Shown here: positions 27,124 through 36,906 of the stretch, piece by piece
Numbering within the stretch: the first letter of the stretch is position 1
Layout: every line of letters begins with the position of its first letter
Source: Dehalococcoidia bacterium
GTDB lineage: Bacteria; Chloroflexota; Dehalococcoidia; Lucifugimonadales; JAGWBF01
Assembly (NCBI GenBank): GCA_034421095.1
Contig: DAOUKR010000009.1
Coordinates: 12,694 to 76,693, forward strand
Direction of reading: 5' to 3'
Length of the DNA: 64,000 nt
Translations under genes and position numbers: made by a program
Notes under the pieces: generated by a model
The model's database searches: none
Told to the model about the DNA's origin: nothing
Seen by the model: the letters and a program-made list of their open reading frames with translations, nothing else

Positions 27124-27611
27124 TGGCAACAGCTATATATCCAGGGTCCTTCGACCCCGTAACCCTGGGTCATGTAGACATAGCTACACGGGCAGCAGCT
27201 ATATTCGATAGATTGATAATAGCCATCTATGACACTCCGTCAAAGAACCTCCTGTTCAATACCGAGGAGAGGGTGGCCTTCTTTCGGAAATCCGTGGAAC
27301 ACCTGAATAACGTAGAGGTCAGATACTTCAAAGGACTCGCGGTGGAATGTGCCCGCGACTTTGGAGCAAGCGTGATCGTAAGGGGCTTACGTGGTGGTTC
27401 GGATTTCGAGTACGAGTTCGAAATGGCCTACATGAATAAAAAGCTGGCTCCGGACGTGGAACTGGTTTGCATGATGTCCAGCTTGCCATATCAGTACGTG
27501 AGCTCAAGTCTTCTCAAGGAGGTGGTTGGGTTAGGTGGAGACGTGACGGGGTTGTTGCCGCCACACGTGATAGAAGCCGTAAAAACGAAACTGAACGCGC
27601 AAGACCGATGA
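27123..27611 (+). CDS. coaD: Phosphopantetheine adenylyltransferase
   Basis: The ATG overlaps the rsmD TGA (TGATG). AIYPGSFDPVTLGHVDI is the (H/T)xGH nucleotidyltransferase motif, and SSSLLKEV is also present. Confidence 0.9.
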   Translation: MATAIYPGSFDPVTLGHVDIATRAAAIFDRLIIAIYDTPSKNLLFNTEERVAFFRKSVEHLNNVEVRYFKGLAVECARDFGASVIVRGLRGGSDFEYEFEMAYMNKKLAPDVELVCMMSSLPYQYVSSSLLKEVVGLGGDVTGLLPPHVIEAVKTKLNAQDR

Positions 27612-27654
27612 CATAATCCGATATTGGTATTATTTATTATTTCAGGAGGATATT

Positions 27655-28155
27655 ATGGATATTTCTAATGTCATAGACAGGCTGGAAGCTCTGGTCAGCA
27701 CGAGCGGCAAGTTGCCGGCGAGCCGCAACCGGGTTGTGGATGAAGGCAAACTCACGGAACTGGTCGAGCAGTTGCGGCTAACCATACCCCAGGATGTAAG
27801 GGCTGCCCAGGAAGTAATCGAGAGAAAGGATGCAATCCTCAATCAGGCACAGGCCGACGCAAGGCGCATCAGAGGTGAGGCAGAAGAGGAGTACAGAATC
27901 AAACTGGACCAGAACGAACTGATGACTACGGCCCGCCAGAAGTCTGCCGCGTTGTTGGAAGATGCCGAGTACAAGGCCAACAGCATAATCCAGCGGTCAG
28001 AGGTAGAATCCAAGAGCAACCGCGCAGAGGCCGACGCTTACGCCGTTCAGACTTTGCGCAACCTGGAGAGAGAGATGAGCGCATTGCTCGGCTCCGTCAG
28101 AAAGGGACTGGACACCATGGGAGCGAATATGGGAGTCACCTCACAAGTTTCATAG
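27655..28155 (+). CDS. Coiled-coil protein of unknown function
   Basis: 166 aa and highly charged, with heptad-like sequence (AQADARRIRGEAEEEYRIKLDQNE...). I am not confident of any family. Confidence 0.45.
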   Translation: MDISNVIDRLEALVSTSGKLPASRNRVVDEGKLTELVEQLRLTIPQDVRAAQEVIERKDAILNQAQADARRIRGEAEEEYRIKLDQNELMTTARQKSAALLEDAEYKANSIIQRSEVESKSNRAEADAYAVQTLRNLEREMSALLGSVRKGLDTMGANMGVTSQVS

Positions 28156-28188
28156 GGCGTGGTTGGCTCTCTTGGCTACACATAAGCA

Positions 28189-28250
28189 GTACCCCTCATC
28201 CCCCGCTCGGCCCATCTCCCAAGGTGAAGAAGGCGGGAGATGAGGGGTAC
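28189..28250. repeat. GC-rich long hairpin repeat, probable transcription stop for the upstream gene
   Basis: GTACCCCTCATC (28189-28200) pairs perfectly with GATGAGGGGTAC (28239-28250). It shares the CCCCTCATCCC core with the 17744-17833 element. Confidence 0.6.
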
Positions 28251-28465
28251 GCCTCATTGCTTCGTTAACCCGGTCCCCCACTGGCAGTACCCCTGTGTCA
28301 ATCGCATCGGAAATGGTAGAATAAACAGGCGCGGCCCTGCTGCCACACTTAGGCCCCATCAGACAGCCCCATCCCACTCTTCAGAGCGTGACGCACACCT
28401 AGAACCCTGAGGACGCGACATGAAGGGTGGTTGTTGGATAGACTCTTGACGAGGAGGTGCCAGAG

Positions 28466-31291
28466 ATGAGCAGCCGCAGCCCTGCCACCAACGACGAGAC
28501 CATACCCATGCTGCTGGCCAGAGAGAGGCCGTTGCTGCTGGTTATGGACGGTCACGCCCTGATACACAGGTCATTTCGCGCCATCAGTGTCGGCCAGAAT
28601 CTCACGGTAAGCAAGACTGGCGAAGACGTGACCGGGGTATACGGGTTCAGCAACACCTTCCTGAGGGCTATCAAGGAGTGGGAACCCACCCACTGCGCCA
28701 TCACCTTCGACCTCCACGCCCCCACCTTCCGCCACCTGCAATACCAGGAGTACAAGGCTCACAGGCCCGAGACACCCCAGGAGCTACGGCCCCAGTTCGA
28801 CCGCGCAAGGGAACTGATGCGGGCCTTCAACGTGCCCATATTCGAGTTGGAAGGGTACGAGGCCGACGACGTCATCGGAACCCTCTGCCGAAAGGCTGAG
28901 GAACAGCAGATGGAGACCGTCATTCTTACCGGGGACACCGACACCTTCCAGCTAGTCTCCCCCTGGGTAAGGGTGGACCTCCACCACGGCGTCCGGGACA
29001 GGAAGGTTTATGACGAGAAAGCAGTCCGGGAACGCTACGGCGGCCTAGGCCCCGAGCAACAGCCCGACCTGAAGGCCATGAAAGGGGACCCCTCGGACAA
29101 CATCCCCGGTGTCCCCGGGATTGGGGAGAAAACGGCGGTCAAGCTCCTGTCCGAATACCACAGCCTCGAAGGCATCTACGAGCATATAGACGAAGTGAAA
29201 CCTGACAAGGCCAGGGAGTCCCTCCGGTCCAACCGGGAGGTCGCCTTTCAGGGCAAGATGCTTACCACCATCGTCAGGGATGCCCCCGTGGAGTTGGACA
29301 TGGACCGGTGCCGCTTCTGGAACTACAGCAGAAGGGACGTGGTTGACCTGTTCCGAGAGTTGGAGTTCTCCAGCGGGATACTGTCCAGAGTGCCGGAACC
29401 GATAGCACCGCCAGGACAAGCCGACCCCGGCTCTGACGTTCCCGAGGAACTTCCTCAGCCAGCCCAGGGCACTCGGGAATTGGTAGAGACGGACTACCGG
29501 ACCGTGGACAGCCGGGAGAAGCTGGACAACATGCTGAGGGAGCTTTCTTCTGCCGGAAGCTTCTCCTTTGACACCGAGACCACCAGCACCGACCCGATGA
29601 AGGCTGACCTGGTGGGCCTCAGCTTCTCCACCACCCCGGGACGGGCCTGGTACGTGCCCGTGGGCCACAGGGACGGGGTTCAGATTCCCCTTGAGGAGGT
29701 GCTGGCAGGTCTGAAACCCCTTTTTGAATCGCCTCAAATCGGAAAGGCAGCTCACAACGCCAACTACGACGCTACCGTGATAAGCAACTACGGCATCGCA
29801 CCAGTCAACATGGACTTTGACACCATGATTGCCGCCCACATTATCGGAAGAAAGGCCCTGGGCCTCAAGAATCTCGCAATTGACACGTTGAACATCGAGA
29901 TGACCAACATCTCGGAGCTTATCGGTACGGGCAAGTCGCAGATAACCATGGACCGGGTCCCAGTGGAGAAGGCCACGGACTACGCTTGCAGCGACGCCGA
30001 CATGACAGGCCGCCTTCGCACAATCCTGGGAAAGGACTTGCACAGGGACGGATTCTGGGACCTCTACTCCCGTATGGAGATTCCCCTGGTTCCCGTGCTG
30101 GTCACGATGCAACGTCACGGAATAGCTCTGGATGCCGGGGCGCTCCACGAGATGTCACGAGACCTGAACGAGCAGCTCAAGCAGCTGGAAGTGCACATAT
30201 ACGACCTTGTGGGCCACGTGCTCAACATCAACTCACCACAGCAGCTAAGCGACCTGCTCTTCAACGAGCTAGGGCTTCCCAAGACCAAGCGCACCAAGAC
30301 AGGCTACTCCACGGACGCCAACTCCCTTGAGGGACTGAAAGGGATGCACCCGGTGGTAGACAAAATTCTCGATTACCGCCAGCTAGTCAAGCTCAAGTCC
30401 ACTTACGTGGACGCGCTGCCCCTGATGATAAATCCTCGCACCGGGAGGCTACACACCAGCTACAATCAGACCGGCTCGGCCACCGGCAGGCTCTCCAGCA
30501 GCGACCCCAACCTCCAGAATATCCCCATCCGTACCGAGTTGGGCAGGCAGGTAAGGAAAGCCTTCGTGGCCGAGGGGTCGCCGGACTGGGTACTGCTGTC
30601 TGCCGACTACTCCCAGATAGAGCTACGCGTCCTTGCCCACCTCTCCCAGGACAGCGCCCTGGTAGACGCCTTCCTCAAAGGAGAGGACGTCCACTCCGCC
30701 ACGGGCTCTCTCATGTACGACGTGCCCATTGACGAGGTCAACTCCGATATGAGGCGCATCGCCAAGGTGCTGAACTTCGGGGTTATCTACGGTCTATCGC
30801 CATACGGCATCTCTCAGCAGACCGAGTTTAGCCCCGACGAAGGTCAGAAATTCATCGAGACCTACTTCTCCAAGTACCCCGGCATCCGGCAGTACATAAA
30901 CTCCATCAAGGACCAAGTGAGAATGGACGGCTACGTGGCCACGCCACTGGGCCGCAGGCGCTACATATCCGATATTAACGCCAGTAACTACAACGTGCGG
31001 CAGGCCGCCGAGAGAGCCGCGGTGAACATGCCCATACAGGGCGGTGCTGCAGACATCATGAAGCTGGCCATGATTCGAGTCCACCAAAGCATGGAAGATG
31101 CGGGTCTCAGGGCAAGGATGCTACTTCAAGTCCATGATGAGCTTGTGTTCGAGGTGCCGTCAGAAGAGATGGACGGCCTGAAAGAGCTGGTGCACAGGGA
31201 GATGTCCCATGCCCTTGACGACTATGACGGCCTGACGGTGCCTCTCGTGGTTGACATGAAGACGGGACATACATGGGGAGACATGGCCTAG
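28466..31291 (+). CDS. polA: DNA polymerase I
   Basis: I prefer the ATG at 28466 (GAGGAGG 8 nt upstream) over the track's GTG at 28457. It has a 5'-nuclease domain, a 3'-5' exo-like domain (FDTETTS) and pol motifs (DYSQIELRVLAH, RRIAKVLNFGVIYG, QVHDELVFE). Confidence 0.9.
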   Translation: MSSRSPATNDETIPMLLARERPLLLVMDGHALIHRSFRAISVGQNLTVSKTGEDVTGVYGFSNTFLRAIKEWEPTHCAITFDLHAPTFRHLQYQEYKAHRPETPQELRPQFDRARELMRAFNVPIFELEGYEADDVIGTLCRKAEEQQMETVILTGDTDTFQLVSPWVRVDLHHGVRDRKVYDEKAVRERYGGLGPEQQPDLKAMKGDPSDNIPGVPGIGEKTAVKLLSEYHSLEGIYEHIDEVKPDKARESLRSNREVAFQGKMLTTIVRDAPVELDMDRCRFWNYSRRDVVDLFRELEFSSGILSRVPEPIAPPGQADPGSDVPEELPQPAQGTRELVETDYRTVDSREKLDNMLRELSSAGSFSFDTETTSTDPMKADLVGLSFSTTPGRAWYVPVGHRDGVQIPLEEVLAGLKPLFESPQIGKAAHNANYDATVISNYGIAPVNMDFDTMIAAHIIGRKALGLKNLAIDTLNIEMTNISELIGTGKSQITMDRVPVEKATDYACSDADMTGRLRTILGKDLHRDGFWDLYSRMEIPLVPVLVTMQRHGIALDAGALHEMSRDLNEQLKQLEVHIYDLVGHVLNINSPQQLSDLLFNELGLPKTKRTKTGYSTDANSLEGLKGMHPVVDKILDYRQLVKLKSTYVDALPLMINPRTGRLHTSYNQTGSATGRLSSSDPNLQNIPIRTELGRQVRKAFVAEGSPDWVLLSADYSQIELRVLAHLSQDSALVDAFLKGEDVHSATGSLMYDVPIDEVNSDMRRIAKVLNFGVIYGLSPYGISQQTEFSPDEGQKFIETYFSKYPGIRQYINSIKDQVRMDGYVATPLGRRRYISDINASNYNVRQAAERAAVNMPIQGGAADIMKLAMIRVHQSMEDAGLRARMLLQVHDELVFEVPSEEMDGLKELVHREMSHALDDYDGLTVPLVVDMKTGHTWGDMA

Positions 31292-31370
31292 CCCGTTTCC
31301 CCTGGCGATAGCTTGCCGATAGCTCGAATGAAACAGCCCGCAGATATTTTGTTCATGAGGGAGAAGGAAG

Positions 31371-32129
31371 ATGCCTGAATACAGAGAGAACAGGGTCAAA
31401 AGGAAGCTCCAGGAAGGGAAGTGCGCTACCGTCGTTGGAGGGCTGAACAACCCGGAGATAATTGATTTTATGGGCCAGTTTGGCTTCGACGGCATGTGGA
31501 TAGAGGGCGAGCACGGGCCTATCACCTGGGAGCACGTGGCCAACATGTCCCGTGCCTGCGACCTCTGGGGTATGACCTCAGTCTGTCGCGTAAATAGCAA
31601 CGAACCCTGGCTGATTACCCGCACTCTGGACGTTGGTGCTACCGGCATAGTTGTTCCTCACGTCAATACCCGTGAAGAAGCCGAGAGGGCAGCAAAATCG
31701 GCCCGGTATGGCCCCCTGGGATACCGGGGAATGGGCGCTGGCCGTCAGTCCTACGGTGTCACCGACTATTACCGCAAGGCCAACGAGCAGACGCTTACGG
31801 TAATCCTTATCGAGGACATAGTAGCAGTAGAGAACCTGGCGGAAATGCTGACGCTGGACAATATTGACGTCTACTTCATGGCTCCCTCGGACCTTGCACA
31901 GACCATGGGCCATACCGGCGGAATGAACCATCCCGACGTTCAGGCCGTCGTCACCAGGTGTATCGCTCAGATTTTGGCCGCAGGCAAGGTGGCGGGGACG
32001 GTGGCGAATGATGATAACGTAGAGGACTATATCGAAAAGGGAGCAAGGTTCTTTCTGACCAGTTGGCAGCCCTGGATTGCCAGGGGAGCCAACCAGTATT
32101 TGTCCCGCGTGGCTGCCAAGGGGGGATAA
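31371..32129 (+). CDS. HpcH/HpaI-family aldolase
   Basis: 252 aa. GFDGMWIEGEHGP and later LIEDIVAVENL are typical of class II 2-keto-3-deoxy-acid aldolases. Confidence 0.75.
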   Translation: MPEYRENRVKRKLQEGKCATVVGGLNNPEIIDFMGQFGFDGMWIEGEHGPITWEHVANMSRACDLWGMTSVCRVNSNEPWLITRTLDVGATGIVVPHVNTREEAERAAKSARYGPLGYRGMGAGRQSYGVTDYYRKANEQTLTVILIEDIVAVENLAEMLTLDNIDVYFMAPSDLAQTMGHTGGMNHPDVQAVVTRCIAQILAAGKVAGTVANDDNVEDYIEKGARFFLTSWQPWIARGANQYLSRVAAKGG

Positions 32130-32159
32130 ATATCCCCACCCCAATAAAGGGTAACCCGC

Positions 32160-33440
32160 ATGGAGACGGACAAGACGCCGCCTCGAGCCGTGTCCTATCA
32201 TGATTTGCCCCCGGTATACCACCGGTGGAAATGGCGGGTACTGCTGAGCTTTGCCGGATTCTACCTCTTCCTATATTTGGGCCGTTTTAACTTCTGGCCT
32301 ACTGCTCCCCTGGTTAAAGACGAATTGGACCTCAGCCACCTGGAGGTCGCCCTCATCACTGCTATGTTACTTTGGGGATTTGGTCTGGGCGATCTGGTAC
32401 ACGGCAGGCTAAGTGAGGCTTACGGACTGCGTCTATGGGTGATGCTGGGTGCTATCCTGACCACCATTTTCAACTGGATTACCAGTTTCGGGACGTCTGC
32501 TCTGACCCTGGCCATTCCCTGGGGTATCAATGGATTCGTAAACGCCGCTAGTTGGAGCCCGGGGATCAGCCTCATCTCCCAGTGGTGGCCCCGACGCGAC
32601 CGGGGCAAGGCTTTGGGCATAACCATGATGGCCGCCGGGGGAGCCATGCTCATGATGTGGCTGGTCACCGGATGGGTGGCCGGAGAATTTGGCTGGCGTG
32701 CAGCTTTTCGCTACCCCCCTTTAATCATCGCATCTCTGGGCGTTATCTTCTATCTTGTAACCCGCGATCGTCCGTCGGAGGTGGGCCTGCCGGAATATAT
32801 CGAGGAAGATGATGTATCCGCAAGCGCCGAGTCGGTGGATAAGGAGCGCCTCAGGGGACTGGGCCCCTACAAGCGCCTACTCTCGAACCCCCAATTCCAG
32901 CTTGCCTGCCACGTCAAGGGGCTGGAGAACGTAGCCCGCTATGGCCTGACCACCTGGGTGCCATTATACTATTCCCAGAAGGCGGGGCTGGACATCACAT
33001 CTACTGTGCTGGTTACAATGGCGCTTCCCATTGGGTACCTGCTGGCTCCAGTAGTTGCAGGTGTCATCTCTGACAATCTTATGAACAGCGCACGCCGACC
33101 CATAATAATGATATCATGTGGGGTGAGCACGCTAGCTCTGGTAGCGCTAGCTCTGGTCCCGGCGACCAACCTATACCTGGGTGCCACCCTTCTGCTGGTG
33201 GGTGGCTTCGCCCTGAGCCTGACTCCTATGGCCGCGCTAGCTGTCGACATGGCGGGTCGGCATATGGCTGGGACATCATCGGGCTTGCTGGACGCCCACG
33301 GCTACTTCTATGCTGGTTTACAAGCCGTCATATTCGGAGTCGTGTTGGACATGACCGGCAGCCCCTGGCCGGCAGTTTTCCTCGGAATGGCGGCCACCAG
33401 GGTACTATCAGCAGCCATGATCTCATTTGTAAGAGTGTAA
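32160..33440 (+). CDS. MFS transporter
   Basis: 426 aa with about 12 predicted hydrophobic helices and a WWPRRDRGKALG loop motif between TM2 and TM3-like positions. Confidence 0.75.
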   Translation: METDKTPPRAVSYHDLPPVYHRWKWRVLLSFAGFYLFLYLGRFNFWPTAPLVKDELDLSHLEVALITAMLLWGFGLGDLVHGRLSEAYGLRLWVMLGAILTTIFNWITSFGTSALTLAIPWGINGFVNAASWSPGISLISQWWPRRDRGKALGITMMAAGGAMLMMWLVTGWVAGEFGWRAAFRYPPLIIASLGVIFYLVTRDRPSEVGLPEYIEEDDVSASAESVDKERLRGLGPYKRLLSNPQFQLACHVKGLENVARYGLTTWVPLYYSQKAGLDITSTVLVTMALPIGYLLAPVVAGVISDNLMNSARRPIIMISCGVSTLALVALALVPATNLYLGATLLLVGGFALSLTPMAALAVDMAGRHMAGTSSGLLDAHGYFYAGLQAVIFGVVLDMTGSPWPAVFLGMAATRVLSAAMISFVRV

Positions 33441-33519
33441 ATCGGCTCTTAGCCATTAGCTAACCCCCTAACCACCTCTTAGCAAGAAGGGACATAGGGG
33501 GCGAGAAAAGGAGGACGTT

Positions 33520-34500
33520 ATGGCAACTCTAGTCACGGGCGGTACGGGCTTTGTCGGTAGCAACATAGTCAAAACCCTGGCCCAACGGGGGCATGAGGTG
33601 GTCTGTTTCGACCTGAGGCCACCCGATGCCCTGGTACAAGGATATTTCGAGGCTTATGCAGACCGGGTGACCCCGGTACAGGGCAACATCCTGAACATGG
33701 CCGACCTGGAACGGGCAGTGTCCAATCACAAGGTCACCAAGATTGTACACGCAGCGGTCTTCACAGGCATTCGCCCGGACATAGAGACCGAGCAAAGCCG
33801 CTCCATCGTGGACATCAACGTGACAGGCACGGCTAACCTCCTGGACTTGGCCCGCGGGCTGCCCATTGAGAGGTTCCTGTATGTAAGCTCGGGGTCCGTA
33901 TACGGGGAGGGTCGCAGCATCCACGAGGCGCTGCACGAAGACATCATACTCTACCCGCGAAGGCTTTATGCTTCTACCAAATACGCCAGTGAACTGTTGA
34001 CCCGCAGATACGGTGAACTCCACAGCTTTCCGACCGTCAGCGTGCGTTTGAGCTCACCCTACGGCCCCATGGAGCGGGTTACGGGGCACAGGGCCATCAT
34101 GTCGGCACTGTACGAATGGACTGGCAACGCGGTCAGGGGAGAGCCGGTCCGGGTGGGAGACCGTACCCTCGGGCGAGACTACACCTATGTCTCCGACACC
34201 GCAGCCGGCATCTGTACCGTGCTGGACGCCGGGTCGCTATCTCACGACGTTTATAATATCTCCGCCGGGCAGTGGATAAAGCTGGGTGACGTGATAGACG
34301 CACTGCAAGAGGTGCGTCCTTCCGTTCAGGTAATAGACGACCCTGCCAAAGAGTTTGAAATCCTGCGTCCCAACTCCGCACGGGGTATGCTGGACGTGAC
34401 CAGAGTTCGGGAGGAACTGGGCTTTGCCCACAACTTCGACCTCGCCGAAGGCATCAGGGAATACCTGGAGTGGCGGGAGGCCTTTTCTTTCAAAGACTAA
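33520..34500 (+). CDS. NAD-dependent epimerase/dehydratase (extended SDR)
   Basis: It has a TGGTGFVGS Rossmann motif and the YASTKYASE (YxxxK) catalytic motif. Confidence 0.8.
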   Translation: MATLVTGGTGFVGSNIVKTLAQRGHEVVCFDLRPPDALVQGYFEAYADRVTPVQGNILNMADLERAVSNHKVTKIVHAAVFTGIRPDIETEQSRSIVDINVTGTANLLDLARGLPIERFLYVSSGSVYGEGRSIHEALHEDIILYPRRLYASTKYASELLTRRYGELHSFPTVSVRLSSPYGPMERVTGHRAIMSALYEWTGNAVRGEPVRVGDRTLGRDYTYVSDTAAGICTVLDAGSLSHDVYNISAGQWIKLGDVIDALQEVRPSVQVIDDPAKEFEILRPNSARGMLDVTRVREELGFAHNFDLAEGIREYLEWREAFSFKD

Positions 34501-34695
34501 CAAAGACTAACGTTTCAGAGGCCAGGGCGTGTTGACACTAACAATCGAGATTGACAATCCCATCCCACTATGATAATTTGCTATCATAAGATAGTGAAAA
34601 TTTGCACAAACTGATGTCGCACTTACGGGACGAGCAGGCTTGAGCCGCAAGAGTATGACTGTTAATACACCTGCCAAAAGGCTCATGCAGTACCA

Positions 34696-35826
34696 ATGCG
34701 GTCGGTCCGACCCAGCAGCGAGGTGGCTAGCTTGCTTCGGTCAACCCTGAGAAGGCTATATGCCGCCAAGAAACTACCGGTTCTGGCTGGGACGCGTCCC
34801 GCCCACGCAGCCGAGGCATGGACACTGGACACATCCGTCAGTAGCAGCACCGACTCTGATGACGGGACCGAAGGCTACCGGCGGGCCGGGTCCGTGGGAG
34901 CGGGCTTCCGTGCCCTCACTCTGGCCACGGTTATATTTACCCTCGCCCTTGTGACTCTAGGCGGCGTGGTGCGTTTGACGGACTCGGGTCTGGGTTGCCC
35001 TGACTGGCCCTTATGTCACGGCAAAATCATCCCTCCCGCGGACTCAGCAACACTCATCGAATACTCCCACCGTCTGCTGGCCTCCGTAACCGGCCTGCTG
35101 GTGCTGGCCACCACCTTGATAGTTTGGCGGTCTCACAGGAAACAACCCTGGCTGCTGGTCCCGGCCACCCTGGGGTTTGTTCTGTTGATAGTCCAGGTGC
35201 TATTGGGAGGATTCACGGTGCTGAAGGAGCTGCCGGCATCCATAGTGCTGGCCCATTTGGCAACCGCCGAGGCCCTGATAGCATCCCTGGTGGTCGTCTG
35301 TATGGTGGCCTTTCGCGGCCCGCCCATTACAGACTCTCGCGAGGGCGACGACAGAAGAGGCCCGGACCGGTTCCTGATTCTGGTACTAGTCACCCTTCTG
35401 GCCGGCTACGCTCTCCTGCTGAGCGGCTCTTACGTGACGGTCTCCGGGGCAACGGTGTCCTGCGGGCAGGGGTGGCCTCTTTGCCAGGGTCAGTTCATAC
35501 CGGAGGGCTACTATGCTACGATACACATGGCCCATCGGGTAGTAGGGCTGCTGGTAGGAGCGATGATTGTCGCGGTGCTGGTTATGGCCTGGCAACGCAA
35601 GGATGATTTCCCCGCCATGAGATGGACAACAGTCATCGTAGGCGGGTTATTCCTGGTCCAGATAATGATAGGAGCTACAATTTTGTGGATGGGTTTCCCA
35701 TTAATTCTCAGGCTCCTGCATCTCGTGGCAGCCACCCTGGTTTGGGTAGGTCTGGCAGCGTTGGCGGTGCTGTCATACAAGCCCACCGCTCCAACATCCG
35801 CCCTCAAGGGGGTTAGCGGTGCTTAA
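34696..35826 (+). CDS. ctaA: Heme A synthase (COX15/CtaA); true start probably downstream
   Basis: TDSGLGCPDWPLCHG is present, along with a second Cys pair (CGQGWPLCQG) and eight hydrophobic helices. The first ~65 aa are hydrophilic and may not be translated (alternative GTG at 34894). Confidence 0.8.
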   Translation: MRSVRPSSEVASLLRSTLRRLYAAKKLPVLAGTRPAHAAEAWTLDTSVSSSTDSDDGTEGYRRAGSVGAGFRALTLATVIFTLALVTLGGVVRLTDSGLGCPDWPLCHGKIIPPADSATLIEYSHRLLASVTGLLVLATTLIVWRSHRKQPWLLVPATLGFVLLIVQVLLGGFTVLKELPASIVLAHLATAEALIASLVVVCMVAFRGPPITDSREGDDRRGPDRFLILVLVTLLAGYALLLSGSYVTVSGATVSCGQGWPLCQGQFIPEGYYATIHMAHRVVGLLVGAMIVAVLVMAWQRKDDFPAMRWTTVIVGGLFLVQIMIGATILWMGFPLILRLLHLVAATLVWVGLAALAVLSYKPTAPTSALKGVSGA

Positions 35827-36763
35827 GCCAAGCTCCTTGTCCTGGCCAAGGCCCACGCCCTTCCAGGCGAGCCTAATATCCATCATAGGCGACTATCTGG
35901 CCCTGACCAAGCCCCCCATCATACTCCTGCTGCTGATAACCGCCCTGGGGGGGATGTTCCTGGGGGCGCAGGGCATTCCGCCAATATCCGTAGCTGCGCT
36001 GCTGCTGCTAGGCGGTGCAGCGGCGGCGGGAGGCGCTAGCGCCATCAACCACTACCTGGACAAAGACATTGACGAGCTTATGACCCGGACCCGCAGGCGC
36101 CCCTTGCCGGGACAGCGTATCTCACCCAGTGCGGCGCTGGTCTTTGGCATCCTCCTCAACATCTTCGCTTTCGTCTTGCTGGTCACGGGAGTGAACCTGC
36201 TAAGTGCCTTGCTTACACTGAGCGGCACCCTGTTCTACGTATTTGTCTACACCTGGTGGCTAAAGAGGACCACAACTCAGAATATCGTCATTGGCGGCGC
36301 AGCCGGGGCTATACCTCCGATGGCCGGATGGGCCGCAGTTACCGGCGGGCTGGAGCTTCCTGCCGTATACCTCTTTGCCATCATCTTCCTATGGACACCA
36401 CCCCACTTCTGGGCGCTGGCCCTACTGATACGGGACGACTACGCCCGGGCCGGCATTCCCATGCTACCCGTAGCCAGGGGTGTAGAGGCTACCCAACGGC
36501 AAATTATGATTTACACCGTGGCGGTAGTGGCCCTCACCCTTCTTCTCTTCTTCACCACCGAGTCGGTGGGGTGGTTATACTTCTCCTCTGCCACACTGTT
36601 GGGCGTCATCTTTCTGTACATGGCCTGGCGCTTGGCCTTTGCGGAACGCTTCAATAGGCAAACGGACGAGACACATAATGCACGATCCCTTTACCTCTAC
36701 TCGTTGCTGTATCTCGCCTTGTTATTCACTGCAGTCATGGTGGATAGTGTGGTAAGTATATGA
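35819..36763 (+). CDS. ctaB: Protoheme IX farnesyltransferase (heme O synthase)
   Basis: GTG start overlapping the ctaA end. It has UbiA-family motifs (NHYLDKDIDELMTRTRRRPL; WTPPHFWALA). Confidence 0.85.
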   Translation: MLKPSSLSWPRPTPFQASLISIIGDYLALTKPPIILLLLITALGGMFLGAQGIPPISVAALLLLGGAAAAGGASAINHYLDKDIDELMTRTRRRPLPGQRISPSAALVFGILLNIFAFVLLVTGVNLLSALLTLSGTLFYVFVYTWWLKRTTTQNIVIGGAAGAIPPMAGWAAVTGGLELPAVYLFAIIFLWTPPHFWALALLIRDDYARAGIPMLPVARGVEATQRQIMIYTVAVVALTLLLFFTTESVGWLYFSSATLLGVIFLYMAWRLAFAERFNRQTDETHNARSLYLYSLLYLALLFTAVMVDSVVSI

Positions 36764-36906
36764 TGATTGCTCAGGACTACAAGTCAGACCGCCCATACCC
36801 CTTGAAACCTGGAACTGGCTCTGGTACACTGCTTGCGGCAAATCTACCGTGTGCGAAATACGATTACTCTGCTCTCTTCAAGGACTGACATGATAAGGAG
36901 ACAAGA

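Noticed and set aside
29045-30148. 367-aa antisense ORF inside polA
   Set aside because: It lies opposite a clearly conserved Pol I coding frame. It is a GC-rich antisense artefact.
34494-34513. Tandem duplication caaagactaa-caaagactaa at the epimerase stop codon
   Set aside because: It is a single 10-nt duplication just spanning the TAA, with no evident function. It is probably a slippage scar.
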